From an uncultured SAR86 cluster bacterium (lineage in GTDB: Bacteria > Pseudomonadota > Gammaproteobacteria > Magnimaribacterales > AG-339-G14), in contig CACMKG010000001.1 in assembly GCA_902614235.1 (NCBI GenBank), positions 212,401-276,400 on the forward strand: a stretch of DNA of 64,000 nt, in the 5' to 3' direction. A program made the position numbers and the translations under genes. Positions 40,782 to 52,766 of the stretch are shown piece after piece; the first letter of the stretch is position 1; every line of letters begins with the position of its first letter. The notes beneath the pieces were generated by a model. It ran no database searches. It was not told the DNA's origin and was given only the letters and a program-made list of their open reading frames with translations.

Positions 40782-41961
40782 AATTAATAAACAATCTCTT
40801 TTGCAAAGAATATTTCTCGGAGAGCTTTATAGAAACTATGACTTAAAAGATTTTGATTGGGGCATAATCTTCTCAGTATTCTTTCTCACTCTATTTGGCA
40901 TAGTTATGGTTTCTTCTGTTTCTCTACCATTAACAGAAGGAAGTTTTTCTTTGATTATTTCTCATATAAGTAAAGTAATAATTGCTTTGATTATTTTTCT
41001 GCTTATTTTTAGGTTTCCAACAAATTTTTGGTCGAAAGTTGATATTCAAATTTTATTAATTGCTTTCTTTTTGCTTTTCTTAGTCTTTGCGCCGATTATT
41101 GGACAAGAAGTAAATGGTGCAAATCGATGGATCAGAGTTTTTGGGTTTTCTATACAACCTTCAGAATTAATGAAATTTGCTTTGATAATTTACATTTCTT
41201 CTTATTGCTCAAGGAGATTAGATGAGTTTAAAGAAAAATGGCTAGGCTTTTGGAAACCAATTTTAGTGGTTGTTGTGGCAATATCCCTTGTTTTATTTGA
41301 ACCTGATCTTGGTTCTTCAGCAGTTATCTTTGTAGTTGCTTTAAGTATCATGTTTATCGCAGGAGCACCTTTGAGACACCTTTTAGTAATTTTTTCTTTA
41401 GGAATGTCAGTTTTTATTTTAATGATATTAACTGTCCCTTGGAGGATGAAAAGAATTTTAAGTTTTATGAATCCCTGGGATACTTATCAAAATGAAGGGT
41501 GGCAACTTTCCCACTCTTTGATTGCTTTTGGGCGAGGAGATTGGTTAGGTGTCGGTTTAGGAGAAAGCCTTCAAAAATTACATTATCTTCCCGATGCTCA
41601 AACCGATTTTATTTTTGCGATTATAGCTGAGGAAATGGGATTACTTTTTTGTATCTTTTTAGTAGCACTATTTTCTTTTTTAATTTTTAAATGTTTTTAC
41701 ATAGGCAGGTTAGCAAGACATGCTAATTATTATCTTGGTTCCTACATTGCCTATGGTGCTGGTATTTGTATAGCCCTTCACGTATTTATAAATATTGGAG
41801 TCTCTAGCGGTATGCTACCCACCAAAGGGATAACTCTTCCTTTTATAAGTTTTGGAGGTAGCAATCTTTTACTTATGTTTGCATTAATTGCATTAGTGTT
41901 GAGGATTAATTTTGAGATCTCAGAATCTTTTACAAACAAAAATAAAATTTTAAATGTCTAA
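40774..41961 (+). CDS. ftsW: SEDS-family peptidoglycan glycosyltransferase FtsW
   Basis: 395 aa polytopic protein. Contains PSELMKF and LPTKGITLPFISFGGS. Confidence 0.9.
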   Translation: MNKINKQSLLQRIFLGELYRNYDLKDFDWGIIFSVFFLTLFGIVMVSSVSLPLTEGSFSLIISHISKVIIALIIFLLIFRFPTNFWSKVDIQILLIAFFLLFLVFAPIIGQEVNGANRWIRVFGFSIQPSELMKFALIIYISSYCSRRLDEFKEKWLGFWKPILVVVVAISLVLFEPDLGSSAVIFVVALSIMFIAGAPLRHLLVIFSLGMSVFILMILTVPWRMKRILSFMNPWDTYQNEGWQLSHSLIAFGRGDWLGVGLGESLQKLHYLPDAQTDFIFAIIAEEMGLLFCIFLVALFSFLIFKCFYIGRLARHANYYLGSYIAYGAGICIALHVFINIGVSSGMLPTKGITLPFISFGGSNLLLMFALIALVLRINFEISESFTNKNKILNV

Positions 41962-43069
41962 GATAGAAAAAATTTATATTCTTTCAGGAGGTACTGGAGG
42001 ACATGTATATCCAGCAAAAGTAATAGCTGAAAAATTCCTTTCTGAAGAAACTGAAGTGGTATGGATTGGTACCTCTAGGGGACCAGAAAAGAAAATTGCT
42101 GAAAATTTAAATATTAAATTTATAAAAATTCCATTGTCAGGATTTAGAGGAAAATCATCTGTTTCAAAAATTAAAGCGCTTTTTGCCTTCATGTTAACTG
42201 GGCTTTATTTGTTTATAAAAATTAGATCAATAAAACTTTTTTCTAAAAACGAAACTCCTTTATTAGCTTTCGGAGGTTATGTTTCTTTAGCAGCTTTTTT
42301 TTATTTTAAAGGGCCTGTTTACCTTCAAGAACAAAATACCATTCCAGGTTCGGTATCAAGGCTTTTAGTTAGCACAAAAAAAGTAAAAAAAGTTTTTTGT
42401 GGCTTCAAGCAGACCCAAATTTACTTTGAAAAAATATCCAATGAGAAAGAAATTAAAATAATTCTCTCTGGCAATCCAATAAATCCAAAAATTTATAATT
42501 TATTTCATGAAAAAAAAGGAAATTTTTTAAAAGATCATACTTTAAGGATTTTAATTTTAGGAGGCAGTCAGGGTTCAAAAAGTCTTAACCGTTTATTACC
42601 AAAAGCCTTATCTAAAGTTGAAAATTTATCTATCAAACATCAATGTGGGAAAAATAACTTTAAAGATACCGAGAATTTCTATAAAGAAAATAAAATTCAC
42701 GAAAAAGAATTAGAAATAGTTGAATACATAGAAAATATTCACCATTTCTACGATTGGGCAGATATTATAATTTGTCGTGCTGGAGCACTTACAGTTTCTG
42801 AAATTTCTGCGTCAGGTTCTTTGGGAATTTTCATTCCTTTGCCATGGGCAATAGATAATCATCAGTTTTTTAATGCTAAATACTTAAGTGACTTAAATGC
42901 AGGATTTCTTATAGAAGAAGATGAAAATTTGGAAAAGAGTCTTATAAAAATTCTCAATGATATTAAAGCAGAAAACAAAGAAAAATTAGAAAACATGAAA
43001 GAAAATTCATTCAAAGCAGCAATAAAGCATCCAGAAGAAATTATTCATGAAGAAATAATGAGACTTTGA
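41954..43069 (+). CDS. murG: UDP-GlcNAc:lipid I GlcNAc transferase MurG
   Basis: 371 aa. GGTGGHVYPA N-terminal motif. Confidence 0.9.
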   Translation: MSKIEKIYILSGGTGGHVYPAKVIAEKFLSEETEVVWIGTSRGPEKKIAENLNIKFIKIPLSGFRGKSSVSKIKALFAFMLTGLYLFIKIRSIKLFSKNETPLLAFGGYVSLAAFFYFKGPVYLQEQNTIPGSVSRLLVSTKKVKKVFCGFKQTQIYFEKISNEKEIKIILSGNPINPKIYNLFHEKKGNFLKDHTLRILILGGSQGSKSLNRLLPKALSKVENLSIKHQCGKNNFKDTENFYKENKIHEKELEIVEYIENIHHFYDWADIIICRAGALTVSEISASGSLGIFIPLPWAIDNHQFFNAKYLSDLNAGFLIEEDENLEKSLIKILNDIKAENKEKLENMKENSFKAAIKHPEEIIHEEIMRL

Positions 43070-44442
43070 TGAAAAAAATAAAAAATATTTACTTAATTGG
43101 AATTGGTGGAGCCGGCATGAGTGGAATAGCAGAAATTCTATTAAATTCTGGTTATAAAGTTTCAGGATCTGATAATGCCTCATCATCGGTAACTTCAAGA
43201 TTACAAAATCTAGGGATAAAAGTTTTTGACAATCATGATTCTGAAAATTTAAATAAAATTGATCTCATAGTTTATTCATCAGCAATTTCTGAAGATAATC
43301 CCGAAATCATCCATGGTAAAAAAATGGGAATTTCGATAATTAGAAGAGCTGAAATGTTAGCTAATTTAATGACTTTAAAAAAGAGTATAGCCATTGCAGG
43401 TAGTCATGGAAAAACCACAACTACATGTATTCTTGCTCATATATTTACTAAATGTAATCTCGATCCAACATATATTATCGGTGGAAAAATAAAATCCTTT
43501 GAGTCCAATGCTGCACTTGGAAAAGGACCTCATATTTTAGCTGAAGCTGACGAAAGTGACGGTTCCTTTTTATTATTAAGACCAAACAATCTAATTATTA
43601 CAAGCATTGATAATGATCATTTGGAAACTTATGATGGAGATTTCAAAAAGTTAAAAGAAGCATTCAAAGAATTTGCTATGAATGTTCCATTCCAGGGAAA
43701 AATTGTTTGTTATGGAGATAACATAGAATTAGAAAAGTTAATTCAAAAGGTTCCGAGGAATTTTATAAGTTACGGATTTAAAAAGACGAATGATTTTCAA
43801 ATCACAGATCTCATGCAGTCTATTGAAGGATGCAAATTTAGTTTAAAAAATAATTTGGATAATTCAAATTTCAAATTTTTTGTTCCTTTGCATGGGGAAC
43901 ACAATGTGTTGAATGTTGTAGCCTCTATTATTATGAGTATAGAAGAGGGAATAAAAATAAAAGATATTTCAGAAGCTTTATTGTCTTGCAAGACAGTTGA
44001 GAGGCGTTTTGAAGTAATTTCAAATAATATTTTTAATAAGGGAATAACTCTTGTTGATGATTATGGACATCATCCTAAAGAAATAAGTGTTACTTTAGAG
44101 ACGGTAGATAAAATTTGGAAAAATAATAAAAAAATAGTTATTTTCCAACCCCATAGATATTCAAGGACAAAAGCTTTATTTGAAGAATTCGTGGAAATTC
44201 TATCCAAAATTGATGATTTGATTTTATTGGACGTCTATCCGGCAAGCGAAAAGGTTTTAAAAGGTTACGAAAGTAAAGATTTATATAAGGCAGCAAATAA
44301 GAGAAATAATATAATCAAAGCTGAAGGAGTAGAGGATGCCTTAGAGAAACTTAAAAAGCTTGTCAGTGATCATTCTTTAATCCTTACACAAGGAGCAGGA
44401 AATACTTCTGCACTAGCAAAACTTATATCGGAATATCAATGA
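43066..44442 (+). CDS. murC: UDP-MurNAc L-alanine ligase
   Basis: 458 aa. Contains GIGGAGMSGIAE and GSHGKTTT. Confidence 0.93.
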   Translation: MMKKIKNIYLIGIGGAGMSGIAEILLNSGYKVSGSDNASSSVTSRLQNLGIKVFDNHDSENLNKIDLIVYSSAISEDNPEIIHGKKMGISIIRRAEMLANLMTLKKSIAIAGSHGKTTTTCILAHIFTKCNLDPTYIIGGKIKSFESNAALGKGPHILAEADESDGSFLLLRPNNLIITSIDNDHLETYDGDFKKLKEAFKEFAMNVPFQGKIVCYGDNIELEKLIQKVPRNFISYGFKKTNDFQITDLMQSIEGCKFSLKNNLDNSNFKFFVPLHGEHNVLNVVASIIMSIEEGIKIKDISEALLSCKTVERRFEVISNNIFNKGITLVDDYGHHPKEISVTLETVDKIWKNNKKIVIFQPHRYSRTKALFEEFVEILSKIDDLILLDVYPASEKVLKGYESKDLYKAANKRNNIIKAEGVEDALEKLKKLVSDHSLILTQGAGNTSALAKLISEYQ

Positions 44443-45347
44443 AAGATTTTAAATCTCTTGATATAGGTATTTTATATGGGGGTTGGTCTGCAGAAAGAGA
44501 AATTTCCATTAAAAGTGGAGATACAGTATTCAATTGTTTATTAGAAAACGGCTATAAAGCGAAACTTATTGATTTGGTTTCTGAAGAAATTGCAACCAAA
44601 GAAAAAACATACGAAGGCATTGATTTAGCCTTTATTTTAGTTCACGGAAGAGGTGGAGAAGACGGATTTCTCCAAAACTTTTTAGATAAAATTAATATAC
44701 CTTATACAGGAAGTAACGCGCTTTCCTCAAAATTAGGAATGAACAAAATTTCTACAAAGAGAATATGGCAGAGATTAAATATTTGCTCTCCAAATTTTGT
44801 CGAATTTAACAATAACTTTGAAGAAATTCTAAACCTATCAAAAAAAGTTGTAGTCAAGCCTGCTAGCGAGGGCTCAAGTTATGGAATCTCAATAATTGAA
44901 AATAAACTAGCAAGTTTAAAAAACGCAATAGAAGATGCGAAAAAATTTGATGAAGAAATTTTAATCGAAGAATATGTTGAAGGAAATGAGTTGACGGTTT
45001 CAATTATAGGTAATCAGGCTTACAGTCCTTTGGAAATTATTCCTAATTCTGATTACTATGATTTCGATGCCAAATATAATCAAAAAGATACAATTTATAA
45101 AAAAGCAGCCCTAGAAGAAAAAAGAGAGATTTTTTTAAAAAAAGAAGCTATTAAATGTTTTGAGGCTATCGGTTGTTCGGGTTGGGGGAGAATTGATTTG
45201 ATTGACGATGGTAGTGATTTTTATTTTTTAGAACTTAATACCGTTCCTGGTATGACTGAAAAAAGTCTAGTTCCTAAATCGGCAAATTTAGATAACGAGT
45301 CTCTAATTTTGATATTAGAAAAAATCATAAAAAAAGCTATTGCTTAA
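44439..45347 (+). CDS. ddl: D-alanine--D-alanine ligase
   Basis: 302 aa, ATP-grasp fold. Contains HGRGGEDG, EGSSYGI and LELNTVPGMT. Confidence 0.92.
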   Translation: MKDFKSLDIGILYGGWSAEREISIKSGDTVFNCLLENGYKAKLIDLVSEEIATKEKTYEGIDLAFILVHGRGGEDGFLQNFLDKINIPYTGSNALSSKLGMNKISTKRIWQRLNICSPNFVEFNNNFEEILNLSKKVVVKPASEGSSYGISIIENKLASLKNAIEDAKKFDEEILIEEYVEGNELTVSIIGNQAYSPLEIIPNSDYYDFDAKYNQKDTIYKKAALEEKREIFLKKEAIKCFEAIGCSGWGRIDLIDDGSDFYFLELNTVPGMTEKSLVPKSANLDNESLILILEKIIKKAIA

Positions 45348-45429
45348 GCAGTTATTTTAAAATACACTTCGCAAAATTTCCTTGCTTCTACAGAATTAGT
45401 CATAGAGGCATTTACCAAAAGGATTGAAT

Positions 45430-45870
45430 ATGAATCATTACGAATTAGTATTTATTGTTAACCCTCAATTGTCGAAAGATTCTAAACTCTTTGATAAATG
45501 TAAAGAACAAATTACCTCTATTAACGGAATTTTACATAGAGCTGAAGATATTGGATTAAGGGATTTAGCATATCAAATAGACGATTGTTCGAAGGGCCAT
45601 TATTTTTTATTAAATTTTGATTGTCCGCCAAATCATTTAAATGAAATTGAATCATTATTTAAATTTGATGAAACGATCTTGAGATCATCCATAGTTAAAA
45701 AAAGAAGAGCCGAAACAGAAACATCAGCATTAATGTCCCAAACAAAAAACAATCAAGTTAATACTGAAAAAACTTTAAGTGAAGAGATTAAGACAGAAGA
45801 AAAAGCTGAAACTAAGTCAGAAGAAAAAAATGAGAATACAGAACTTTCTGACTCGAAAGAGGAAAGATAA
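45430..45870 (+). CDS. rpsF: 30S ribosomal protein S6 with acidic C-terminal extension
   Basis: Start set at the ATG at 45430 (MNHYELVFIVNP). rpsF-rpsR-rplI order with no priB between. Confidence 0.9.
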   Translation: MNHYELVFIVNPQLSKDSKLFDKCKEQITSINGILHRAEDIGLRDLAYQIDDCSKGHYFLLNFDCPPNHLNEIESLFKFDETILRSSIVKKRRAETETSALMSQTKNNQVNTEKTLSEEIKTEEKAETKSEEKNENTELSDSKEER

Positions 45871-46143
45871 ATGAAAAGGAAATTTGATAAGAAAAAATCC
45901 AGAAATCAAAATACTGATAATTTGCTCAATAAGAAAAGAGTTTGTCAATTTACTGCAGCCAACGTTGAAGAAATAGATTACAAAGACGTTGATTTACTAT
46001 CTAAATTTATTAATGAGTCTGGAAAAATCTCTCCTGCAAGAATGACAGGAACAAGTGCAAAATATCAGAGACAACTTACAACTGCTATAAAAAGAGCGAG
46101 GCTTTTAGCTCTTCTTCCATACACTGATAGTCACGATTATTAA
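45871..46143 (+). CDS. rpsR: 30S ribosomal protein S18
   Basis: 90 aa. Contains [16 protein letters not shown] and [18 protein letters not shown]. Confidence 0.94.
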   Translation: MKRKFDKKKSRNQNTDNLLNKKRVCQFTAANVEEIDYKDVDLLSKFINESGKISPARMTGTSAKYQRQLTTAIKRARLLALLPYTDSHDY

Positions 46144-46146
46144 AAT

Positions 46147-46593
46147 ATGAAGATTATACTGAAAGAATCTATTACAGGCCTTGGCTCCCCGGGAGATCTT
46201 GTGGATGTTAAGTCAGGTTACGGCAGAAATTTTTTACTTCCTCAAGGAAAAGCAATTCCAGCAAATGACCAAAATCTCAAGATTTATGAAGCTGAAAAAG
46301 CCAAATTAATGGAAGTAGAAGAACAAAAAATTTCAGCTGCGAAAGAAATTTATGAAAAATTAAATGAATTTAGTTTGGAAGTGAAAGTTGCCGTATCGGA
46401 AGAAGGAGTAATGTATGGCTCTGTTGGAACCAAAGAAATTTCAGAAGGACTTGAAGTAGAAGGATTTGAAGTGGAAAGACAATCTATAAGATTACCTGAT
46501 GGTGCATTAAAGGAAATTGGCGAATCAAAAATAGATATTGAACTTCATGCAGAAGTCATAGCTTCGATAAATTTGTCTATCAAGGCCGAATAA
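46147..46593 (+). CDS. rplI: 50S ribosomal protein L9
   Basis: 148 aa. Contains MKIILKE..G.GDLV.VK.GYGRNFL.PQG.A. Confidence 0.94.
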   Translation: MKIILKESITGLGSPGDLVDVKSGYGRNFLLPQGKAIPANDQNLKIYEAEKAKLMEVEEQKISAAKEIYEKLNEFSLEVKVAVSEEGVMYGSVGTKEISEGLEVEGFEVERQSIRLPDGALKEIGESKIDIELHAEVIASINLSIKAE

Positions 46594-46648
46594 ATTAAAT
46601 TCTTAATTGTTTTAAACTCTTTCTAGTGGGAGAATACTTTGCTGTCTT

Positions 46649-48028
46649 ATGAGAAATGAATTTGAGCAACCAACATCAATTGAAGCTGAAAAAGCAGTCT
46701 TAGGTGGAGTGCTTTTGGATCCAGAATTATGGGATTCTGTTGCGGTCTTAATAGAAGAAGATGATTTTGCACTAACCGAACACAGACTTATATTCAAAGC
46801 TATTAAAAAGCTCCATAATCTTGGCATTAAATTAGATACTGTGACTTTGATTGAATCTTTGACATCGGATCCTGATGTTTCTTCGGTAAGAGGATTTGAC
46901 GAAAAAGAATATATAAAAAAATTAGCAGTTGAAACTCCAGGAGTGGCGAACTTTTCCAATTATGCTGAAATAATCAAGCAGACCTCGAGTTTAAGAAAAC
47001 TAATATCGACTGCTACTGACATAAGTAAACTAGCAAGTGAAACAGATTCACTGGAAAGTGAAACAGCTTTTAGCTCTGCTGAAAATAAATTAGTTAAATT
47101 AAGAGATTCTCTAGATAGAAAACATGGACCTAAATTAGCTGCAGATTTGATACAGCCTGTTTGGGATAATATGGAAAAAACTTCCAAATCAGATTCTCCT
47201 TTAGTGGGATTTAGTACTGGATTTAGAGACTTAGACAATATCACTTTAGGTCTTCAGGAAGGAGATTTAATTCTTGTTGCCGGAAGACCTAGTATGGGAA
47301 AAACAGCTTTTGCCCTCAGCATGGCAGCAAACTTTATCCAAAATGGGTTGCCAGTTTTATTCTTTAGTATGGAAATGTCTAACCGATCAATTATGTACAG
47401 ACTTCTTTCAATCATTTCTAAAGTAGATTTAAAAAAATTACAACAAGTCAAAGATTTGGAACAAGACGATCATCGTAAAATTGAAGAAGCAGCATCAATT
47501 TTGAATAAAAGTAAATTATTTATTGATGATACTTCAGGTTTGACTCCCTCAGAAATTTTATCCAGAGCAAGGAGGTTAAAAAGAGAACACCCCGAGCTTG
47601 CCCTTATTGCAATCGATTATTTACAGTTGATGAGTTCCGATACTGGAAACGATAATAGAGTAACAGAAATGGGTGATATTTCTCGATCAGTTAAAGCTAT
47701 CGCAAAGGAAATAGATGTCCCAGTTGTAGCGCTTTCGCAACTGAATAGAGCATCTGAATCAAGAACAACGAAAAGACCGGTAATGGCCGATTTGAGAGAT
47801 TCAGGAGCTTTAGAACAAGACGCTGATCTGATTCTTTTTCCATTCAGACCAGAAGTTTACGAAAAAACACCCGAAACTGCAGGGCTTGCCGAAATAATTG
47901 TTGCAAAACATAGAAATGGTGAAACCGGAAAGAGAAAACTTCATTTTGCTGCACGATGTGCAAAATTTGAAGATTTAGCTCTTGATGATCCAGCTCTTAC
48001 AAGGCCTGACGATGATTGGGACGAGTAA
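46649..48028 (+). CDS. dnaB: Replicative DNA helicase DnaB
   Basis: 459 aa. Contains SIEAEKAVLGG, Walker A GRPSMGKTAF and IDYLQLM. No intein. Confidence 0.96.
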   Translation: MRNEFEQPTSIEAEKAVLGGVLLDPELWDSVAVLIEEDDFALTEHRLIFKAIKKLHNLGIKLDTVTLIESLTSDPDVSSVRGFDEKEYIKKLAVETPGVANFSNYAEIIKQTSSLRKLISTATDISKLASETDSLESETAFSSAENKLVKLRDSLDRKHGPKLAADLIQPVWDNMEKTSKSDSPLVGFSTGFRDLDNITLGLQEGDLILVAGRPSMGKTAFALSMAANFIQNGLPVLFFSMEMSNRSIMYRLLSIISKVDLKKLQQVKDLEQDDHRKIEEAASILNKSKLFIDDTSGLTPSEILSRARRLKREHPELALIAIDYLQLMSSDTGNDNRVTEMGDISRSVKAIAKEIDVPVVALSQLNRASESRTTKRPVMADLRDSGALEQDADLILFPFRPEVYEKTPETAGLAEIIVAKHRNGETGKRKLHFAARCAKFEDLALDDPALTRPDDDWDE

Positions 48029-48030
48029 TT

Positions 48031-49116
48031 GTGACTAGGCCTACAGTTGCAGAAATCAATCTGTCTGCAATAAGAAAAAATTTAAAAAAAATTAAATCTT
48101 TATCTAAAGGTTCTCTTATATATCCTGTTGTTAAAGCTAACGCTTATGGACATGGCTATAAAGAAGTTGTCAAAGAAATAGAAAACTTGGTGAATGGATT
48201 ATCTGTTGCCACTACTGAAGAAGCATTGGAGATAAGAAGAATTACCAATAAAAGCATTCTCTGCATGGAAGGACCTTATGACAAAAAGGAATTTGATTTG
48301 TTAATTAAAAATAAAATAGATTTAGTTATTCATTCAAAGAGACAAATCGAGTTTATTGAACCAATTGATCGTTTTCCTAAAGAAATTAAAGTTTGGATCA
48401 AGGTTGATACGGGAATGAATAGATTAGGTTTCAAGGAAGAAGAAATTATTGATGCTTACAAGCAACTTCAAGCAAAAACAAAAAAGATTGTTTTAATGAG
48501 CCATTTTTCATCTGCAGCTGGAACTAAATCTTCGAAGATTAATTCTAAAAAACAAATTGATAGCTTTAATAAGATTGAAAAAAAATTGAACAAGATGGGC
48601 TTTAAGCCGCTTTTAAGTTTATGTAATTCAGGCGGTCTTTTAAATTACAGAAGTTCTCATAAAGACGTAGTCAGACCGGGGGTTTCTATATACGGGATTG
48701 ATCAAAAAGAGATAGGAAATAAAATTGATCTTGAAAATGTTTTGACTTTTAAAACAAAGCTAATCTCAATTAAAAAAGTCTTGAAAGGCGATAAAGTTGG
48801 TTACGATGGAAAATGGACTGCAAACAAAGATTCTACTATTGGCATACTTCCTGTTGGATATGCAGACGGATATCCTTTATTGATGGGTAATAATGGTTAT
48901 GTTGTTATAAATGGAAAGAGAGCCAAGGTTATTGGCAAGGTGTCAATGGATTTAACTGCGATAGATATTTCAAAGATCAAAGATGTAAATTATGAATCTG
49001 ACGTTATTTTATGGGGAGAGGAACTGCCAATAGAAAAAATTGCTCAAGCAACTAAAAACATTCCCTACACAATAATGACTTCTTTATCTGCAAGAGTAAA
49101 ACGAATATATTTATAA
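48031..49116 (+). CDS. alr: Alanine racemase
   Basis: PLP-lysine motif VVKANAYGHG. Start set at the GTG at 48031 (TRPTVAEINL), just after the dnaB stop; the ORF-track TTG at 48016 is the alternative. dnaB-alr synteny. Confidence 0.9.
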   Translation: MTRPTVAEINLSAIRKNLKKIKSLSKGSLIYPVVKANAYGHGYKEVVKEIENLVNGLSVATTEEALEIRRITNKSILCMEGPYDKKEFDLLIKNKIDLVIHSKRQIEFIEPIDRFPKEIKVWIKVDTGMNRLGFKEEEIIDAYKQLQAKTKKIVLMSHFSSAAGTKSSKINSKKQIDSFNKIEKKLNKMGFKPLLSLCNSGGLLNYRSSHKDVVRPGVSIYGIDQKEIGNKIDLENVLTFKTKLISIKKVLKGDKVGYDGKWTANKDSTIGILPVGYADGYPLLMGNNGYVVINGKRAKVIGKVSMDLTAIDISKIKDVNYESDVILWGEELPIEKIAQATKNIPYTIMTSLSARVKRIYL

Positions 49117-49167
49117 AAAAGTTAAAAATTTGTGTATTTAATTCAAATTGGAAGATAAAATTTAAAT

Positions 49168-50256
49168 ATGAAAATTACAAAAGTTAAAGAAACGCCAAGA
49201 AAAATTAGAGAATTTCCAGTAGAGAATGAGTTAGGACTCTCCGAACAACAAGTTGAAGATGTAGCAGAGATATTTCAAACACCTTTGACAGGAGCTTACA
49301 ACTGGGACTATACAATTCAAGATAATAGAATTAAGAGACTATATGAGCTAGGTAAAGAGCTAAACTGGAATGCTGGTACTGATATAGATTGGTCTCAACC
49401 AATGCCGGATAGAGGAGATACTCCTCCGCTAATATTTTGGGATGATTATAAACCTTATCAAGATCTGTCAAATGAAGATAAGTTTAAATTCCTTCAGCAC
49501 AGAGGTTCTTGGTCTTTGAGTCAATTTTTACACGGAGAGCAAGGCGCTTTATTGGTCGCATCTCAACTTGTTTCTTGTGCCCCAACGTTTAATGCTAAGT
49601 TATATGCTGCTTCTCAAACTTTTGACGAGGCAAGACATGTAGAGGCTTTTAATAAATATATACAAACAAGACAGAGAATGATGTACCCAATTGGTAATGG
49701 ATTAAAATCCCTTTTGGATAAAATTCTTACCGACCCTAGATGGGATTTAAAATTTATAGGTATGCAAATAATCATAGAAGGCTTAGCTTTAGCAGCTTTC
49801 AACGTTGCAAGACAAGGCACGAACGATCCTGTGTTTAAAGATATGCTTTACTTAATAATTAGAGATGAAGCTCGACATGTAACTTTCGGAGTTAATTATT
49901 TAGAAGAATTTATTAAGACCTTATCTAAAGAAGAACTTGAAGAGAGGGCAATGTTTGCTTATGAAGCATGTTTAGTTATGAGAGGAAGATTAATGTCAGC
50001 GGACGTTTATGAGAATTTTGGTTGGGACAAAGAAGATGCTCAGGCTTTTGCTCAAAAAGCTGATGTCGCTAATAATTTTCAACACTTATTATTCACAAGA
50101 GTTGTGCCAAATTTATCAAGAATAGGCCTTCTAACAGAAAAGGTTAGACCTCTCTACGATGAGTTGGGTGTTTTGGAGTACGAAAATTGGCCAACTGATG
50201 GAGATATCGACTGGGTTTCTTTAGAACAGCCTTTAGATTTTTCAGAAACAGCTTAA
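49168..50256 (+). CDS. Ferritin-like diiron-carboxylate protein (oxygenase/desaturase superfamily), function unknown
   Basis: 362 aa. Two E...ExxH half-sites with about 30-aa spacing: GEQGA...FDEARHVEAF and IIEGLA...RDEARHVTFG. No histidine four residues upstream of the second ExxH glutamate, which is where I recall AurF carrying its extra third His ligand. Confidence 0.6.
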   Translation: MKITKVKETPRKIREFPVENELGLSEQQVEDVAEIFQTPLTGAYNWDYTIQDNRIKRLYELGKELNWNAGTDIDWSQPMPDRGDTPPLIFWDDYKPYQDLSNEDKFKFLQHRGSWSLSQFLHGEQGALLVASQLVSCAPTFNAKLYAASQTFDEARHVEAFNKYIQTRQRMMYPIGNGLKSLLDKILTDPRWDLKFIGMQIIIEGLALAAFNVARQGTNDPVFKDMLYLIIRDEARHVTFGVNYLEEFIKTLSKEELEERAMFAYEACLVMRGRLMSADVYENFGWDKEDAQAFAQKADVANNFQHLLFTRVVPNLSRIGLLTEKVRPLYDELGVLEYENWPTDGDIDWVSLEQPLDFSETA

Positions 50257-50279
50257 ATTCATTGTAGCTTAGCTATCTT

Positions 50280-50315
50280 CTTGTTAAGATGATATTCCAT
50301 CTTGACAAGGTTTTT
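50280..50315 (+). terminator. Intrinsic terminator-like hairpin plus T-run, abutting the pyrG start codon
   Basis: CTTGTTAAGATG (50280-50291), loop ATATTC, CATCTTGACAAG (50298-50309). This is a 12-bp stem with one U-G pair, followed by G and TTTTT (50311-50315). The pyrG ATG is at 50318. Confidence 0.55.
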
Positions 50316-50317
50316 AG

Positions 50318-51934
<1,617 letters not shown>

Positions 51935-51943
51935 ACTAAAAAA

Positions 51944-52762
51944 ATGAACAAAATAGAGTTATCAAATTTTGAAGTATCAAATTCTTCTAAGTTAGCTGTA
52001 ATTGCCGGCTTAAATGTATTGGAAACTGAAGAACAAGCAATGGAAGTAGCAAATACTTTAAAAAAAGTAACCACCGAATTTGGTAACCCGCTAATCTTTA
52101 AAGCTTCATTTGACAAAGCTAATAGATCATCGGTTGACTCATACAGAGGTCCAGGATTAAAAAAAGGCTTAGAAATTTTAAAAAACTTGAAATCCGAAGG
52201 TTTTGATTTAATCACCGATATTCATGAGATCAATCAAGTTGAAGAAGTAGCAGAAGTAGTCGATGTAATTCAGATTCCTGCTTTTTTGTGTAGGCAAACC
52301 GATTTAATTAAAGCTGCTTGTGAAACTAATAAACCTCTTAATATTAAAAAGGGTCAGTTTTTATCTCCAGAACAAATTGAAAACATAATTTTAAAATGTA
52401 AAAACTTTGACAATGAAAAAGTAATGATTTGCGAAAGAGGATCTTCGTTTGGTTACAATAATTTGGTGGTGGATATGTTGGGAATGTCAAAAATGAAAGA
52501 ACTTAATAGTCCAATTATATTTGATGTTACTCATTCCCTTCAACTACCCGGAGCTCAAGGAGATTCAGCGGGTGGAAGAAGTAAACAGGCTCTTGATTTA
52601 GCTCTTTCTGGAGTTGCTATAGGTTTGGCAGGAATCTTTATTGAAGTTCATCCAAATCCTGAAAAAGCATTATGCGACGGTCCGTCTGCAACAAAATTAG
52701 ACGAGTTTGAGAGTTTTTTAAGAAAAGTTTCTGAAGTTGATAATCTTATTAAAAGCTTCTAA
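51944..52762 (+). CDS. kdsA: 3-deoxy-8-phosphooctulonate (KDO-8-P) synthase
   Basis: 272 aa. Contains KASFDKANRSS, IQIPAFLCRQTDL and DVTHSLQ. Confidence 0.94.
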   Translation: MNKIELSNFEVSNSSKLAVIAGLNVLETEEQAMEVANTLKKVTTEFGNPLIFKASFDKANRSSVDSYRGPGLKKGLEILKNLKSEGFDLITDIHEINQVEEVAEVVDVIQIPAFLCRQTDLIKAACETNKPLNIKKGQFLSPEQIENIILKCKNFDNEKVMICERGSSFGYNNLVVDMLGMSKMKELNSPIIFDVTHSLQLPGAQGDSAGGRSKQALDLALSGVAIGLAGIFIEVHPNPEKALCDGPSATKLDEFESFLRKVSEVDNLIKSF

Positions 52763-52766
52763 TAAA

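Noticed and set aside
45348-45429. Possible S6:S18-binding autoregulatory leader upstream of rpsF
   Set aside because: This 82-nt gap is one of the longer ones, and such leaders are known. However, I could not identify a convincing conserved stem or the rRNA-mimic motif by eye. A covariance-model scan is needed.
46612-47244. Two minus-strand ORFs (115 aa and 94 aa) inside dnaB
   Set aside because: They are antisense to a strongly supported dnaB. Their Ser/Leu-rich composition is typical of shadow frames.
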